Source: a virus | Lineage: Duplodnaviria > Caudoviricetes | Strand: one strand, 5' to 3' | Length of the DNA: 25,806 nt | Virus record (IMG/VR): IMGVR_UViG_3300044448_004934 | Location: 1 to 25,806 of that record | Shown here: positions 24,126 through 25,806 of the stretch, one piece after another | Layout of the letters: every line of letters starts with the position of its first letter | How positions within the stretch are numbered: position 1 is the stretch's first letter | Notes under the pieces: generated by a model | The model's database searches: none | What the model was told of the DNA's origin: nothing | Seen by the model: the letters and a program-made list of their open reading frames with translations, nothing else | Translations under genes and position numbers: made by a program

Positions 24126-25806
24126 ATGGATATTGGAAAGGAATATATAGATAGCAGAAAAAAGAATGGTATCGCTGCAGAATATGTTGATATTGATTCG
24201 TTAAAATTAGCACCTGACAACCCGAGAATAAATGAGCATGTAGTTGAAAAGGTGGCAAAATCAATTCAATCCTATGGGTTTGCGGCACCAATAGTCGCAC
24301 AATTGGATGGTACAATCCTGGCCGGGCATACAAGGTTTAAAGCGGCGAAGAGCTTGAATCTTTTAAAAGTACCCTGCCGGTATATGGATATAAGTGGAGA
24401 TAAGGCGAAACTTTACAGGATAGCCGATAACAAGCTTGGTGAGTTGGCCGACTGGAATCTAGACATGCTCGGAAAGGAACTGGAAGAACTAAGCGAGAAT
24501 TATAAGCTTGAATTAAATGACATGGGTTTTTCAGATGATGAGCTTCTAAAATATATGGATATAGATATATCAGAGGATCAAGAAGAGAATCAGGAAACAG
24601 ACTTTGAAGCCCTGGATAACAAAGAATACGAGCCGGGAGAAACCTTCGAAGCGGGAAAGGTTATCGAGGTTGGAACGGGCAAGATAATTTGTGGTTGCTG
24701 CATTGAAACAATGCGAAAAATGCCCGAGGCGTCGATAGATTCCATTGTTTGTGACCCCCCCTATCAAATCAACTTTATGGGGTCGGCCACCGGGTGGGAT
24801 AAAGAGTTTGACTCCGATGAATGGAGCCGGCAATGTTTACGGGTACTCAAACCAGGTGGACATCTGATCGCCTTTGCTGCTACCAGAACGATCCATAAGA
24901 TTATGGTATCCGTTGAAAAGGCAGGATTCGAGATCCGTGATCTTTTGTCTTGGTTGTATTTTTCCGGCTTTCCTAAATCAATGAATATTTCGAAACAGAT
25001 CGATAAAATGGCAGGGGTAGAAAGAAAAGTTGTTGGAGAGTATCAAGTTAGCAGAGTTTTTGATGGTTCTGATCTTGTTGGTGGTAATGTTAAGGCAGGA
25101 TCTTTAAACATAACCAAACCAGCAACACCGGACGCTATAAAATGGGACGGTTGGGGTACTGGCCTCAAACCCGCACAGGAACCCGCCGTCCTTGCACGTA
25201 AACCAATGGAGAAGGGGCTATCGATTACCGCTAATGTTTTAAAGCATGGGACGGGTAGTTTGAACATAGATAAAAGTCGTTTTGGTTATGGTGATCCGTG
25301 TTGGGTTGGGCCAAATAAAGATCCTGGAGATGTTATTTTCTACAACAGTAGCAATTGGCAACCTAACAGCAAAGCCGGTACACATAGCAAAGGAATTAAT
25401 GTAAAACACAACAGTAACAAGTTAGGCCGATGGCCTGCCAACATCTACCAATGTGCGAAACCGTCCAGATCGGAAAGGGATCAGGGGTTGGAGGACTTCG
25501 AACCGATAAAGGGACATGAATCCGTAAACAGAAAAGAGGGGTCGGCGGGTCTTGAGAATCCACGAGCCGGATCAGGTCGCACGGCCTCGGAGGTAAAAAA
25601 CTATCATCCAACCGTCAAGCCGGTAAAATTAATGGATTGGCTTGTTGGACTGGTTACCCCTCTGGATGGGGTTGTATTGGATACATTTGGCGGTTCCGGT
25701 ACTACTGGACTGGCCGCAAACCTAGCCGGATATAAATGGATCTTGATAGAGAAAAATCCGGATTATTGCAGTATCATTCATGGGAGGATTGCAGGCAATG
25801 ACAAAG
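24126..25806 (+). CDS. ParB-N domain fused to an N4C/N6A DNA methyltransferase (beta class), truncated at the window edge (not in ORF track)
   Basis: My translation shows 'DNPRIN...SIQSYGF..PI...ILAGHTRFKAA...RIADNKL', then 'IVCDPPY', 'RVLKPGG', 'HPTVKP', 'VLDTFGGSGTT'. The frame is open to the end of the window. Confidence 0.93.
   Translation, partial: MDIGKEYIDSRKKNGIAAEYVDIDSLKLAPDNPRINEHVVEKVAKSIQSYGFAAPIVAQLDGTILAGHTRFKAAKSLNLLKVPCRYMDISGDKAKLYRIADNKLGELADWNLDMLGKELEELSENYKLELNDMGFSDDELLKYMDIDISEDQEENQETDFEALDNKEYEPGETFEAGKVIEVGTGKIICGCCIETMRKMPEASIDSIVCDPPYQINFMGSATGWDKEFDSDEWSRQCLRVLKPGGHLIAFAATRTIHKIMVSVEKAGFEIRDLLSWLYFSGFPKSMNISKQIDKMAGVERKVVGEYQVSRVFDGSDLVGGNVKAGSLNITKPATPDAIKWDGWGTGLKPAQEPAVLARKPMEKGLSITANVLKHGTGSLNIDKSRFGYGDPCWVGPNKDPGDVIFYNSSNWQPNSKAGTHSKGINVKHNSNKLGRWPANIYQCAKPSRSERDQGLEDFEPIKGHESVNRKEGSAGLENPRAGSGRTASEVKNYHPTVKPVKLMDWLVGLVTPLDGVVLDTFGGSGTTGLAANLAGYKWILIEKNPDYCSIIHGRIAGNDK

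Noticed and set aside
24085-25611. Minus-strand ORFs 24085-24333, 24570-24833, 25043-25267, 25396-25611
   Set aside because: They are antisense to the continuous ParB-methyltransferase frame.
1-25806. tRNA/rRNA genes, diversity-generating retroelement, introns/inteins, alternative genetic code
   Set aside because: I saw no cloverleaf, reverse transcriptase, template/variable repeat pair or interrupted core gene. TAA, TAG and TGA all end genes normally.

Overview
A 25.8-kb fragment of a tailed dsDNA (siphovirus-like, HK97-fold) phage or prophage, AT-rich. Most of the window is on the minus strand. It holds three small/fibre virion genes (20004-22281), then a 6.4-kb block of about 19 small early/accessory genes (13463-19885, including an ERF annealase and a PAPS-reductase-like protein) driven by three repeated sigma70-type promoters with CAA-rich leaders. 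After that come a holin-like gene, a portal fused to a MuF/SPP1-gp7 domain, prohead protease, major capsid, head-tail joining genes, tail tube, tail chaperones, tape measure and tail-tip genes, which run off the left edge. A divergent plus-strand unit starting at 22603 encodes a possible replication protein, two ribbon-helix-helix-like regulators and a ParB-N/DNA methyltransferase fusion that runs off the right edge and is missing from the ORF track. The most unusual signals are post-transcriptional: (1) a prfB/RF2-style +1 frameshift cassette (AGGAGG-3 nt-CTT TGA) joining the tail chaperone ORFs; (2) a candidate 80-nt sRNA at 22314-22393 whose UUG-rich segments are complementary to the CAA-rich start regions of many early genes, resembling GcvB logic; (3) an A10 slippage site at the portal/MuF junction; (4) a candidate antisense structured RNA between the tail tube and chaperone genes. 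All calls come from reading motifs and synteny by eye; no searches were run.
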